In this document: positions 20,053 through 28,437 of the stretch, in pieces
How the letters are laid out: every line of letters begins with the position of its first letter
How positions within the stretch are numbered: the stretch's first letter is position 1
From: Obrimoposthia wandeli
Taxonomy: Eukaryota
Direction of reading: 5' to 3'
Length of the DNA stretch: 64,000 nucleotides
Assembly: GCA_977020255.1 (NCBI GenBank)
Contig: CDROCS010006174.1
Span: 62,001 to 126,000 of the forward strand
Made by a program: the position numbers and the translations under genes
Notes under the pieces: generated by a model
What the model was told of the DNA's origin: nothing
Seen by the model: the letters and a program-made list of their open reading frames with translations, nothing else
Database searches by the model: none

Positions 20053-21046
20053 CGTGATTAGTTAACGTTTTAGAAATATTACTGAGTAATTCACGAGTTT
20101 GACTGATGATGTTATTCGCACTCGTTGATACCACATAATCACTGACACCCATGCTCAGAGTTACAGGCGGTAATCTAGCTCCAGATTTACTACTGACAAA
20201 CCTTAACTTCTCTACACTTTGTCGGATTTTTTCGGCAATTTCACCTGCTACATCACGTTCAATATCAGGTAGCAAGATTAAAAATTCATCACCTGCTGAT
20301 CTTATAGGTAAGCCACTCTCACCAACATAGCTGCTAACTTTATTGGCAATTTTTGTTAAAAGCACATCACTAATTACTGGACCAAAACGATCATTCAAAC
20401 CAGAGAAGTGATCAATATTGACCACTATTGCTGCGATCTGCTTAGATGGATCGTCAGATAGCCACATCTCTAAATGCTTACTCATGGCTTTACGATTATA
20501 AAGGCCCGTTAGCGGGTCTAAATAAATTTCTTTTTTAACATCGTCTAATTCGCCACGCAGCGCATCAGTTGATTGTTGCGATAGGCGTAATTTTTCAGCT
20601 AGTTTTTCTTGTTCAAGTTTAAAGCGCTGTGTCGTTTGACGTATTTGTTTAATCGCGTTAATGACTTCACGTTTATCAGTAGACTTTAAACTCGAAATGT
20701 TATTGTCTAACTGGTTAACCATACGATTGGTGCAAACAGAAGAGTGTTCACTGTTAGTTTGTAAATCGAACAATACCTCATCGAGATCATCAATTAACTC
20801 GCCACGAAAAGCGCTCTGTCCTAAAACATATTGTTGATAGATCTCTTCTAAAAAAAAGTTATCGAGCTTTTTTACCGTAGCGAGTTGCTTTTCAATTGCG
20901 GTATTAAGTGCGGGTGAATTTTTGCTGAGATAATTGTAACTAACGGCATAATTAATTGGCGTCGCAGGGATATGCCATAACTGTAATTGTTTTATGGCGA
21001 CATGCATTTTTTGCTCAGCTTGCGCTATGGAATCATGGTATTTCAC
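20024..21046 (-). CDS. Cytoplasmic helical-domain plus degenerate GGDEF (AGDEF) protein
   Basis: DPLTGLYNRK, NIDHFSGLNDRFG, RSAGDEF; convergent 29-nt overlap with DUF523. Confidence 0.85.
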   Translation of the reverse strand: MKYHDSIAQAEQKMHVAIKQLQLWHIPATPINYAVSYNYLSKNSPALNTAIEKQLATVKKLDNFFLEEIYQQYVLGQSAFRGELIDDLDEVLFDLQTNSEHSSVCTNRMVNQLDNNISSLKSTDKREVINAIKQIRQTTQRFKLEQEKLAEKLRLSQQSTDALRGELDDVKKEIYLDPLTGLYNRKAMSKHLEMWLSDDPSKQIAAIVVNIDHFSGLNDRFGPVISDVLLTKIANKVSSYVGESGLPIRSAGDEFLILLPDIERDVAGEIAEKIRQSVEKLRFVSSKSGARLPPVTLSMGVSDYVVSTSANNIISQTRELLSNISKTLTNHVNVAQARAT

Positions 21047-21265
21047 TATCCAACCTTTACTCTATGGTATTTGATAATAATAGCTAGTGAACCATTCTGT
21101 AGTAATTTTAGCGAAAGTGCTATAGCGAAAAGTATTTAATACAGTAATAAAATGAATAAACAGAGCAAGCAATTAATGAAAAGTATTTCCTTTATAAATC
21201 TTTTTGTTTTGTTATGGTGTTCACTCTACAACGACCTTGTTTAAATTAACCTTTGAGATCTTGCC

Positions 21266-23038
21266 ATGAAAGTATTTTCAGTTGCTATGTGTGTTTTATT
21301 TTTTGTTATGGCTTGCCAATCTCCTCAACCTCAAGAGTTATCAATTAACAAGAAGCTCGAGCAGATTATTACCGATTATCAATATTATAAAGAGCATCAA
21401 AGTCCATTCAACCAAGATATTTCTGGTGATACTAATGCTCAACTTCCTGATTTATCACCTAGTAATCTTGAGCAACAGTATCTAGCTTTAAAGGCCACTT
21501 ATCAGCGCTTGGCAAAAATTGATGTTGACAAACTCAGTCAAGATGAAGCGATTAACCATGCTGTTTTGTCGTATACGATTAAAAATCAACTTGATAATTA
21601 TACTAATCACGAACATTACATGCCGTTAACTGCAGAGTCAGGTTTTCATGTTTGGATCAGTCGTATCAACGGTCAAGTCAGTTTTAAAACTGAGCAAGAT
21701 TATCGTGACTATTTAGCGAGGTTAACAGCCTTACCTAAGTACTTTTCTCAACAAATGTTTTGGATGGATAGAGGTATTGAAGAAGGGATCACTCAGCCAA
21801 AGATAGTCTTACAAGGTTTTGAAGAGTCTATTAAAGCATTTATAAAAACTGATGTGACTGCAAGCACTTATTATCAGCCATTTTCGAATATGCCAGCATA
21901 CTTTTCTGAGTCACTTAAATCACAATTAAAAGTTCAAGCAGTGGCTACCATTGCAGAGTTTGTTATACCAAGCTACCAGAAATATTATGATTATATGGTG
22001 CAGCGTTACCAACCTAATGCACGAGATAACATTGCTGCGAGTTCTTTACCTAATGGTGATGAATATTACTCAAATCGTTTGCAACATTATACAACACTGC
22101 CGATCTCAGTTGACGATGTGCATGAAATGGGCCTAGCTGAAGTCGCACGGATCAGACTTGAGATGAACGACATTATTACTCAATTAGCTTTTTCTGGAAG
22201 TTTTGCTGATTTTGTAAATTTTTTACGAACCGATAAACAATTTTATGCCACAAGCCCTGAAGGATTACTAAAAGAAGCTTCATTTATTGCCAAAAAAATG
22301 GATGCGCAATTACCTAAATTTTTTAAAGTGCTACCACGAACGCCTTATGGGGTTATTGAAGTGCCAGCAAATATTGCGCCTAAATACACGACAGGAAGAT
22401 ATTCAGGCCCTTCACGTGATGATCAGGCGGGTAACTATTGGGTCAATACATATCGCTTAGATCGTCGTCCCTTGTATGTACTAGAAGCGTTAACATTGCA
22501 CGAAGCGGTACCGGGGCATCACTTACAAGGCTCATTAGCGCGAGAAATGAAAAATGTGCCTAAATTTAGAAATAATACTTATATTTCGGCATTTGGCGAG
22601 GGGTGGGGACTTTACTCTGAATATTTAGGTATAGAGGCTGGCTTTTATCAGAATCCTTACAGTAACTTTGGCCGCCTAACTTATGAAATGTGGCGTGCTT
22701 GTCGCTTAGTGGTTGATACCGGAATGCACGCTAAGGGTTGGAGTCGAGAGCGAGCGATGAACTTTCTAGCAGATAACACTGCTTTATCTCTGCACAATGT
22801 GAAAACCGAAATCGATCGTTATATTTCTTGGCCAGGACAAGCCTTGTCTTACAAGATGGGTGAACTTACCATCAAAAAATTGCGTAATATGGCGGAAAAA
22901 GCATTGGGTGAAAATTTTGACTTAAGAGAATTTCATGATCAAGTATTAAAAAACGGTTCAATGCCCTTATCAATGCTTGAAACTATCATTATTGATTATG
23001 TAGAAAAGAAGAAAATCGTATTAAAAGAAGAAGAGTAA
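21266..23038 (+). CDS. DUF885 family lipoprotein (putative metallopeptidase-like)
   Basis: Lipobox-like VMAC, LTLHEAVPGHHLQ, AFGEGWGLYSE, RACRLVVDTGMH, PGQALSYKMG. Confidence 0.9.
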   Translation: MKVFSVAMCVLFFVMACQSPQPQELSINKKLEQIITDYQYYKEHQSPFNQDISGDTNAQLPDLSPSNLEQQYLALKATYQRLAKIDVDKLSQDEAINHAVLSYTIKNQLDNYTNHEHYMPLTAESGFHVWISRINGQVSFKTEQDYRDYLARLTALPKYFSQQMFWMDRGIEEGITQPKIVLQGFEESIKAFIKTDVTASTYYQPFSNMPAYFSESLKSQLKVQAVATIAEFVIPSYQKYYDYMVQRYQPNARDNIAASSLPNGDEYYSNRLQHYTTLPISVDDVHEMGLAEVARIRLEMNDIITQLAFSGSFADFVNFLRTDKQFYATSPEGLLKEASFIAKKMDAQLPKFFKVLPRTPYGVIEVPANIAPKYTTGRYSGPSRDDQAGNYWVNTYRLDRRPLYVLEALTLHEAVPGHHLQGSLAREMKNVPKFRNNTYISAFGEGWGLYSEYLGIEAGFYQNPYSNFGRLTYEMWRACRLVVDTGMHAKGWSRERAMNFLADNTALSLHNVKTEIDRYISWPGQALSYKMGELTIKKLRNMAEKALGENFDLREFHDQVLKNGSMPLSMLETIIIDYVEKKKIVLKEEE

Positions 23039-23111
23039 AGTAAAGGGGGAAGCAAAGATTACCTGATATTAAGAAAGTGAATCGATCAATAAAGTTAAGC
23101 CCCTACTGTAT

Positions 23112-23197
23112 CTAAATTTTGCAGTTCCGCTATCACAGCTTTCCCCTTAGAACGGTAACTTTGCGTCTCTAGCTTTAACTGGATTTGCCCTTATTGA
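23112..23197 (-). ncRNA. c-di-GMP-I (GEMM) riboswitch-like aptamer
   Basis: Minus strand reads AAUAA GGGCAAA UCCAGU UAAA GCUAGA GACGCAAA GUUACCG UUCUAAG GGGAAAG CUGUGAUAG CGGAACU GC. It is collinear with the Vibrio Vc2 aptamer as recalled (GGGCAAA-stem-GACGCAAA-P2-CUAA...UAGCGG), keeps positions equivalent to G20/A47/C92 and C44-G83, and has compensatory pairs in P2. Confidence 0.85.
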
Positions 23198-23326
23198 GCT
23201 TTAAAAACTCAGTACGAATTATGGGCAAAGCATTTCATTTCTAAACTATTTTTAATGTTATTGATGAGTAATCTACGTTAATATATTAAACCATAGCTGA
23301 ATTACCTATCTTGTTATTATGAGGCT

Positions 23327-23374
23327 ATATACCCAAACCACTTGAAGGCGCATCTTCAAGTGGTTTGGGCATAT
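23327..23374. repeat. 21-bp inverted repeat hairpin (REP/collapsed MITE-like)
   Basis: ATATACCCAAACCACTTGAAG-GCGCAT-CTTCAAGTGGTTTGGGCATAT, 20 of 21 pairs, TA-rich ends. Confidence 0.75.
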
Positions 23375-23448
23375 GACAGCTTGTTGAATCCGTTTAAATT
23401 TTACATAGTCGATAACCTCACACTTTATAACATGGCAATTAACGTTCA

Positions 23449-25278
23449 ATGAAACAAACGCTGTTTGGCATATTAATCAGTCTTTTCCTCATGCTCAGCA
23501 CTGATGCTCAAGCTTTTGTCAGCGATAAAAGCTATCGACAGCTACTCAATGGCTATTATCTTCAAGATAACGAGTCACTGCTCTCTCAAGATATTGTTGA
23601 CGCTGCGCAAGCGGTGGTTAGTAATCGCAATGACTACAGCCAGAAAGTGGTGGCACGAGCATTTTCTCTCTTATCAGATGTCGCTTTTAACCGGGGTAAC
23701 TTACTCGCCGCATTCCAATTTGCGCAATATGGAATCGAAATAGAAGAAACTGATGCACTTATACAGCTAGATTTATTACTAAAGCTTGCTAGGGGCTATT
23801 ATGCGCAAGGAAAATATATTCAATTACGTGATACCTCACAAAAGGCGGCTTGGTTAGCAGAGCAAGCAAAAAATATGGATTATCATTTGCAGGCGCTAGC
23901 TTATTCAGCCGTTGCCTATGCGTTAAGTGCGGATTACGCTTTAGCGATAACAGAGTTGATAAAAGTTGAGAATTTACTGAATCAAAATAGGCAAAGTGTT
24001 GATCAAATTACGTTATTAGAAATTATTGCTGAAGCTCACTTTAATCTAGCTGAATATGAAAATACCGTAGAGCTACTTAACCGCGTACTTAAGTTACGCA
24101 CTGATATGTCAAGAACACAAGGCATTGCAAGAACTTATCACTTAGTGGCCAAAGCTTACTATCAGTTACAACAATACGATGATGCCTTTAATATGTTTTG
24201 GCAGTCATTACAATTTTCTCAACAATATAAATTATATATTCGCAGTGCCTATGCTGAATTAGGTTTAGGGCAAGTGTTGTTTCAACAACAGCAATTCATC
24301 ATGGCAAAAGAACGACTACTCAGTGCCCAGAAAATATTTAACCAACACAACGTCGTACGAATGAAGTTATCGGCGCAAATAGCTTTAGCGAAAGTGATGT
24401 ATGCTTTAGATCAGGATGAGCAAGCTGATATCATTCTACTTTCTGCGCAGTCCTTAGCAGAAAAATTAGTGTTATCACCACAACAAATCGAGTTGTATTT
24501 GTTATTAACCGATTATTATCAAAGACAAAATAAACTTAAGTTGGCAATCAAAACGCAAAAACGTTATCTCAGTTTATATCAAGAGTTATACCCTAATGTG
24601 AATGTGAAAAACTCACTAGTCACAGCAGCTATCACAAGTAATAAGGTTAAAAAATTAGCCTTAAGCTTAGCTGAAAAAAGTGAGCTAAGTTTAGAATTCA
24701 GTGCGAAATATTATCGACAAAAAACCTTAATAATTTTACTTTCACTTGCTTTATTTTGCAGCTTGTTTTTTGCTATTCTTTGGCGTTTTAAGTTGTATCA
24801 TCAAAGGCTTCATCGGGGTTATGAAGCAGTTGAATTACTGAAAAATAAAGTGGCTCAACCGACTCAAACCAAACGTTGGTATCAACAGCAATACAAGATG
24901 GCAAGAAAATATCAATATAGCATTTCTGTTGCCTATTTAGTGATTGAAAATTGGCAAGAGCTTAGCTTTCATTTCAACACTAAAGTGCTAGCAGATGTCA
25001 GTAAAGCCTTAGCTATTATAATTAATGAAAATATTGATGAGGAAGATTTTGCTGGGGAGATTAGTGCTGGCGAATATCTGTTTTTGTGTCCACACCAAAC
25101 ACTAGAGCAAGTATTGAACAAGTTTACCGATATAGAGCAGGCAATAAAAACTAGATTTTTTGCTAACTTAGGCGACTATTCAGTTAAAGTCAGATTCTCA
25201 GTTGATTCACCAAGTATTCAAGATATCGATCCTTATGTTTTTCTTTCTCGCTTGAGTGAGAGCACCGAAGCCAAGTAG
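23449..25278 (+). CDS. Exported TPR-repeat domain, TM helix and degenerate GGDEF-like cytoplasmic domain
   Basis: Signal peptide, TPR-like helices, one TM (LIILLSLALFCSLFFAILW); C-terminal domain has GGDEF topology but reads EISAGEYLF. Confidence 0.75.
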   Translation: MKQTLFGILISLFLMLSTDAQAFVSDKSYRQLLNGYYLQDNESLLSQDIVDAAQAVVSNRNDYSQKVVARAFSLLSDVAFNRGNLLAAFQFAQYGIEIEETDALIQLDLLLKLARGYYAQGKYIQLRDTSQKAAWLAEQAKNMDYHLQALAYSAVAYALSADYALAITELIKVENLLNQNRQSVDQITLLEIIAEAHFNLAEYENTVELLNRVLKLRTDMSRTQGIARTYHLVAKAYYQLQQYDDAFNMFWQSLQFSQQYKLYIRSAYAELGLGQVLFQQQQFIMAKERLLSAQKIFNQHNVVRMKLSAQIALAKVMYALDQDEQADIILLSAQSLAEKLVLSPQQIELYLLLTDYYQRQNKLKLAIKTQKRYLSLYQELYPNVNVKNSLVTAAITSNKVKKLALSLAEKSELSLEFSAKYYRQKTLIILLSLALFCSLFFAILWRFKLYHQRLHRGYEAVELLKNKVAQPTQTKRWYQQQYKMARKYQYSISVAYLVIENWQELSFHFNTKVLADVSKALAIIINENIDEEDFAGEISAGEYLFLCPHQTLEQVLNKFTDIEQAIKTRFFANLGDYSVKVRFSVDSPSIQDIDPYVFLSRLSESTEAK

Positions 25279-25305
25279 CACCTTGGATAAATAACAGGTA
25301 ACACC

Positions 25306-25803
25306 ATGATTTTTGTTTTAACTATTATCGCTATGTTCGTCGCAGTCAGTATTTATTTTTTCTTTAAAGCTGAAAATTTACAACGTGAAATTATTTTGAT
25401 GAAAAGAGATGTTTCAGCCACTAAAAAAGAGAATAAAAGCTATGTTGAGTTAATGGCTATTATTGCTCAGCGCTACGAAGATATTTCAAAGCAACGTTTT
25501 ATTGAATTAAGAGCCGCAGCTACGTCAGCTGAAGAGACTGAAAAGTTTGATATTATAGCGCCAATAATAAACAATTACGGCGCCATTTTTAATGGCACCC
25601 TTAAGGGAAAAGGCAAGTTGCAATCGACGGTGAAGAAGATTTATGAAGGCCACCAAAAGGGGACTTTTAAGATCTTAAGTAACTATATTACTCAGGCAGA
25701 TAAAGAAATAAAAAGAGCCTGGTCGAGTAATAATCTTAATGGTTTTATTTTACTGGTTGAAGCTTTTTTACAAGTGAAAAAAGCTAAGAAAAAAGACAAC
25801 TAA
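25306..25803 (+). CDS. Hypothetical single-TM, coiled-coil protein
   Basis: 165-aa ORF, N-terminal hydrophobic helix, ACAGG RBS, 27 nt after the upstream gene. Confidence 0.75.
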   Translation: MIFVLTIIAMFVAVSIYFFFKAENLQREIILMKRDVSATKKENKSYVELMAIIAQRYEDISKQRFIELRAAATSAEETEKFDIIAPIINNYGAIFNGTLKGKGKLQSTVKKIYEGHQKGTFKILSNYITQADKEIKRAWSSNNLNGFILLVEAFLQVKKAKKKDN

Positions 25804-25826
25804 AAAAGCCGCTATGATGAGCGGCT
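25803..25826 (-). terminator. Intrinsic terminator
   Basis: AGCCGCT-N6-AGCGGCT stem with an A run on the + side (T tract on minus), between convergent genes. Confidence 0.6.
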
Positions 25827-25851
25827 GTATATAATTTTGATAACTTTCTAA

Positions 25852-26106
25852 TTAAGGTCTAATGATAATATTTGGTGATGTATCTATTTCACCGTCATCA
25901 GAGATGGTCGCGGTATTACTATCACATCGTAAAATAGCGACTTTGCCAGCCTTACTGTTGCGAATAAAAGCAAGATCATAGCCAAACTGCGTTAAGCTAC
26001 TGGTGGCAAATTTCTGTGCTAATGACAATTTATCCCAAAGATTAGACTGTTCAGATGTATATTGGCGTCTCTCTAGTAAAACTTCTCGTTCAAAAACTGC
26101 GTGCAC
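25852..26106 (-). CDS. Small hypothetical protein
   Basis: 84 aa, GTG start with AAGAGG RBS; LWDKLSLAQKFATSSLTQFGYDLAFIR reads as a real folded protein. Confidence 0.75.
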   Translation of the reverse strand: MHAVFEREVLLERRQYTSEQSNLWDKLSLAQKFATSSLTQFGYDLAFIRNSKAGKVAILRCDSNTATISDDGEIDTSPNIIIRP

Positions 26107-26330
26107 AACGGCCTCTTTATAAAGTATTTTATGATGTAAAAAGTTACTAAGAGAACATATATTAGATGTTTGTTAATATCAACAATTAAGAGTAGATTTA
26201 TGCGGATTAGAGGCTAGTAGATTTTTTAATCGCTTCAAAAATAGGTTTTAAGCAATTAGTGCATTATTTTTAATACGATAGCACGTTATACTATTTTTAA
26301 TTTGTTATAGGTAATTAGAGTAAAATTTAT

Positions 26331-27188
26331 ATGAGTCAGGTATTAAATGATCTTTCTGCGCTATTGAAGCTAGAAGTCATCGAGCAAGGTATTTATCGAG
26401 GTGAAAGTCAAGATTTAGGTTTTAAGACTTTATTTGGCGGTCAGGTTATGGGTCAAGCGCTATCGGCAGCACAAGAAACCGTCGCAGCAACGCATAATGT
26501 TCACTCTTTGCATTCTTATTTTTTAAGACCAGGTGATGCCACTATGCCTGTAGTTTATCAAGTTGAAAATATTCGCGATGGTCGCAGCTTTAATACTCGA
26601 CGTGTTAATGCTATTCAAAATGGTCAGGCTATTTTCTACATGACGGCCTCATTTCAGCAACGTGAAGTGGGCTTTGATCACCAAGATGTGATGCCTCAGG
26701 TGCCAGGACCTGAAGAACTAAAGTCATATGCTGATTTTATTTTCGAAAACCAAGAGCATATACCAGACGATATTCGAGGTAAATTTCTCTCTGAAAAACC
26801 GATAGAGATGAGGCCCGTTCAGCAATATAACTGGCTTAAGCCTGAAAAAACTGAAGCTAAGTGCTACATGTGGATTAAATCTAATGGTAGTTTGCCTGAT
26901 GATCTTCGTATTCATACCTATTTATTAGCTTATATCTCTGACTTTTCTTTTTTACCCACGGCTTTGTTTCCACATGGCGTGAGCTATTGGCAGCCGAATT
27001 TTCAATTAGCAACCATTGACCATTCTATGTGGTTTCATCGACCTTTTCGAATGGACGAATGGCTGCTTTATAGTATTGATAGCCCGTCAGCAAGTGGTGG
27101 CAGAGGCTTAGTTAAAGGGCAAATATTTAACCGCAAAGGGTTATTAGTTGCCTCTACCATGCAAGAAGGTGTTATGCGTCAGCGCTAG
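26331..27188 (+). CDS. tesB: Acyl-CoA thioesterase II
   Basis: LFGGQVMGQAL, HSLHSYFLRPGD, RDGRSFNTRRV, AYISDFSFL, ATIDHSMWFHRPF, QEGVMR. Confidence 0.97.
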   Translation: MSQVLNDLSALLKLEVIEQGIYRGESQDLGFKTLFGGQVMGQALSAAQETVAATHNVHSLHSYFLRPGDATMPVVYQVENIRDGRSFNTRRVNAIQNGQAIFYMTASFQQREVGFDHQDVMPQVPGPEELKSYADFIFENQEHIPDDIRGKFLSEKPIEMRPVQQYNWLKPEKTEAKCYMWIKSNGSLPDDLRIHTYLLAYISDFSFLPTALFPHGVSYWQPNFQLATIDHSMWFHRPFRMDEWLLYSIDSPSASGGRGLVKGQIFNRKGLLVASTMQEGVMRQR

Positions 27189-28437
27189 TTTTTGCGCTTT
27201 GCCAGTCGTAGCCGCTTGGGTGTTGAAAAACTCTCAGATCAAACAGTGGTGCGACGGCATAAAGGTGGTCAAAAATGTCGGCTTGTATGGTTTCGTAATT
27301 GACCCAGTTTTGATCGTTACTGAAAAAATAAAGTTCAAGCGGCAAACCAACCTCGGTGGCGGGTAATTGCCTAACCATACAGGTCATATCGTGATGAACC
27401 TTAGCATGCTGCTTTAAATAAGCGCCAATATAAGCCCTAAAGGTACCAATATTAGTTAACTGTCGGGTATTAATGGTTGCAACAGTCAGTGGGCCTTCAG
27501 CTTCTACTTTCGAACTTTCTTTTGCTATTTCACTTTGTTTACTAGCGATATAATCACTAATCAGTTGCACTGATTTTAGTGCTTCTAGTTGTTCTTGGTT
27601 ATAAAATCGAATACTAGCGACATCAATGACAATAGCGCGTTTAACTCTTCGCCCACCAGAATTAAGCATACCACGCCAATTTTTGAACGAACCACTAGTT
27701 AAGGCATAGGTAGGAACAGTAGTAACCGTATTATCAAAATTCTTAACCTTAACGGTATTTAATCCTATTTCAATTACGTCGCCATCGGCACCATACTTAG
27801 GTAGTTCAATCCAATCACCAGGAGCGACCATTTTATTTGCTGAAATTTGAATACTCGCTACCAATCCTTTAATCGTATCCTGAAAAACTAAGAGTAATAC
27901 GGCGGTTAAAGCGCCTAAACCACTGAGTAAATAAAGTGGGGAGCGATCTAATATCTGTGAAACAGCCAGTATTGTTGCGACCAAATAAACGGCTAGTTTA
28001 ATGACTTGTAAGGTTGAGTTTAATGGTAAGTATCGCTCAGTGGCGGTTTGTCGATAAAGGCTATTAATGACGTTCAATACTGAACTAATACTGCGAGCTA
28101 CTTGAAAGCAAAGACCTATTTTAGCAAAAACAATAAGTACCTTGGCGAGTAGAGAGTCGGTATCGACTAATAATGGCGTTAGTAATAACAGTAAAACTAG
28201 AGGGAACAGCAAAGATATACGCGAAAACACTTGGTGATCAAATAAAAGATCATCCCAAGTATTTTTTGATGCGATAGTTAATTTATGAATAAACAGCAGG
28301 ACATAGTTTCTGGCGATATAAAAGCTGAGACTGCAAAATAATAAAATTAGCACTAGGCCGATAATACTAACACCTAACGAACTATATGCTGCCGGCAAAC
28401 CTTGTTCAGTTAACCATAACGCGATTATTTCCTGCAT
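27172..28437 (-). CDS. ybdG: MscS-family mechanosensitive channel (YbdG-like)
   Basis: LSGLGALTAVLLLVFQDTI, GDWIELPKYGADGDV, VKNFDNT, SFKNWRGM, GGRRVKR, GLPLELYFF. Confidence 0.9.
   Translation of the reverse strand: MQEIIALWLTEQGLPAAYSSLGVSIIGLVLILLFCSLSFYIARNYVLLFIHKLTIASKNTWDDLLFDHQVFSRISLLFPLVLLLLLTPLLVDTDSLLAKVLIVFAKIGLCFQVARSISSVLNVINSLYRQTATERYLPLNSTLQVIKLAVYLVATILAVSQILDRSPLYLLSGLGALTAVLLLVFQDTIKGLVASIQISANKMVAPGDWIELPKYGADGDVIEIGLNTVKVKNFDNTVTTVPTYALTSGSFKNWRGMLNSGGRRVKRAIVIDVASIRFYNQEQLEALKSVQLISDYIASKQSEIAKESSKVEAEGPLTVATINTRQLTNIGTFRAYIGAYLKQHAKVHHDMTCMVRQLPATEVGLPLELYFFSNDQNWVNYETIQADIFDHLYAVAPLFDLRVFQHPSGYDWQSAKTSADA

Noticed and set aside
23071-23091. 6-codon TTG mini-ORF (MIDSLS) after an AGGGG on the riboswitch strand
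   Set aside because: Too short with a weak start; it does not provide a credible sense target for the riboswitch.
27172-27188. 17-nt tail-to-tail overlap of tesB and the MscS gene
   Set aside because: Short convergent overlaps are common and uninformative alone.
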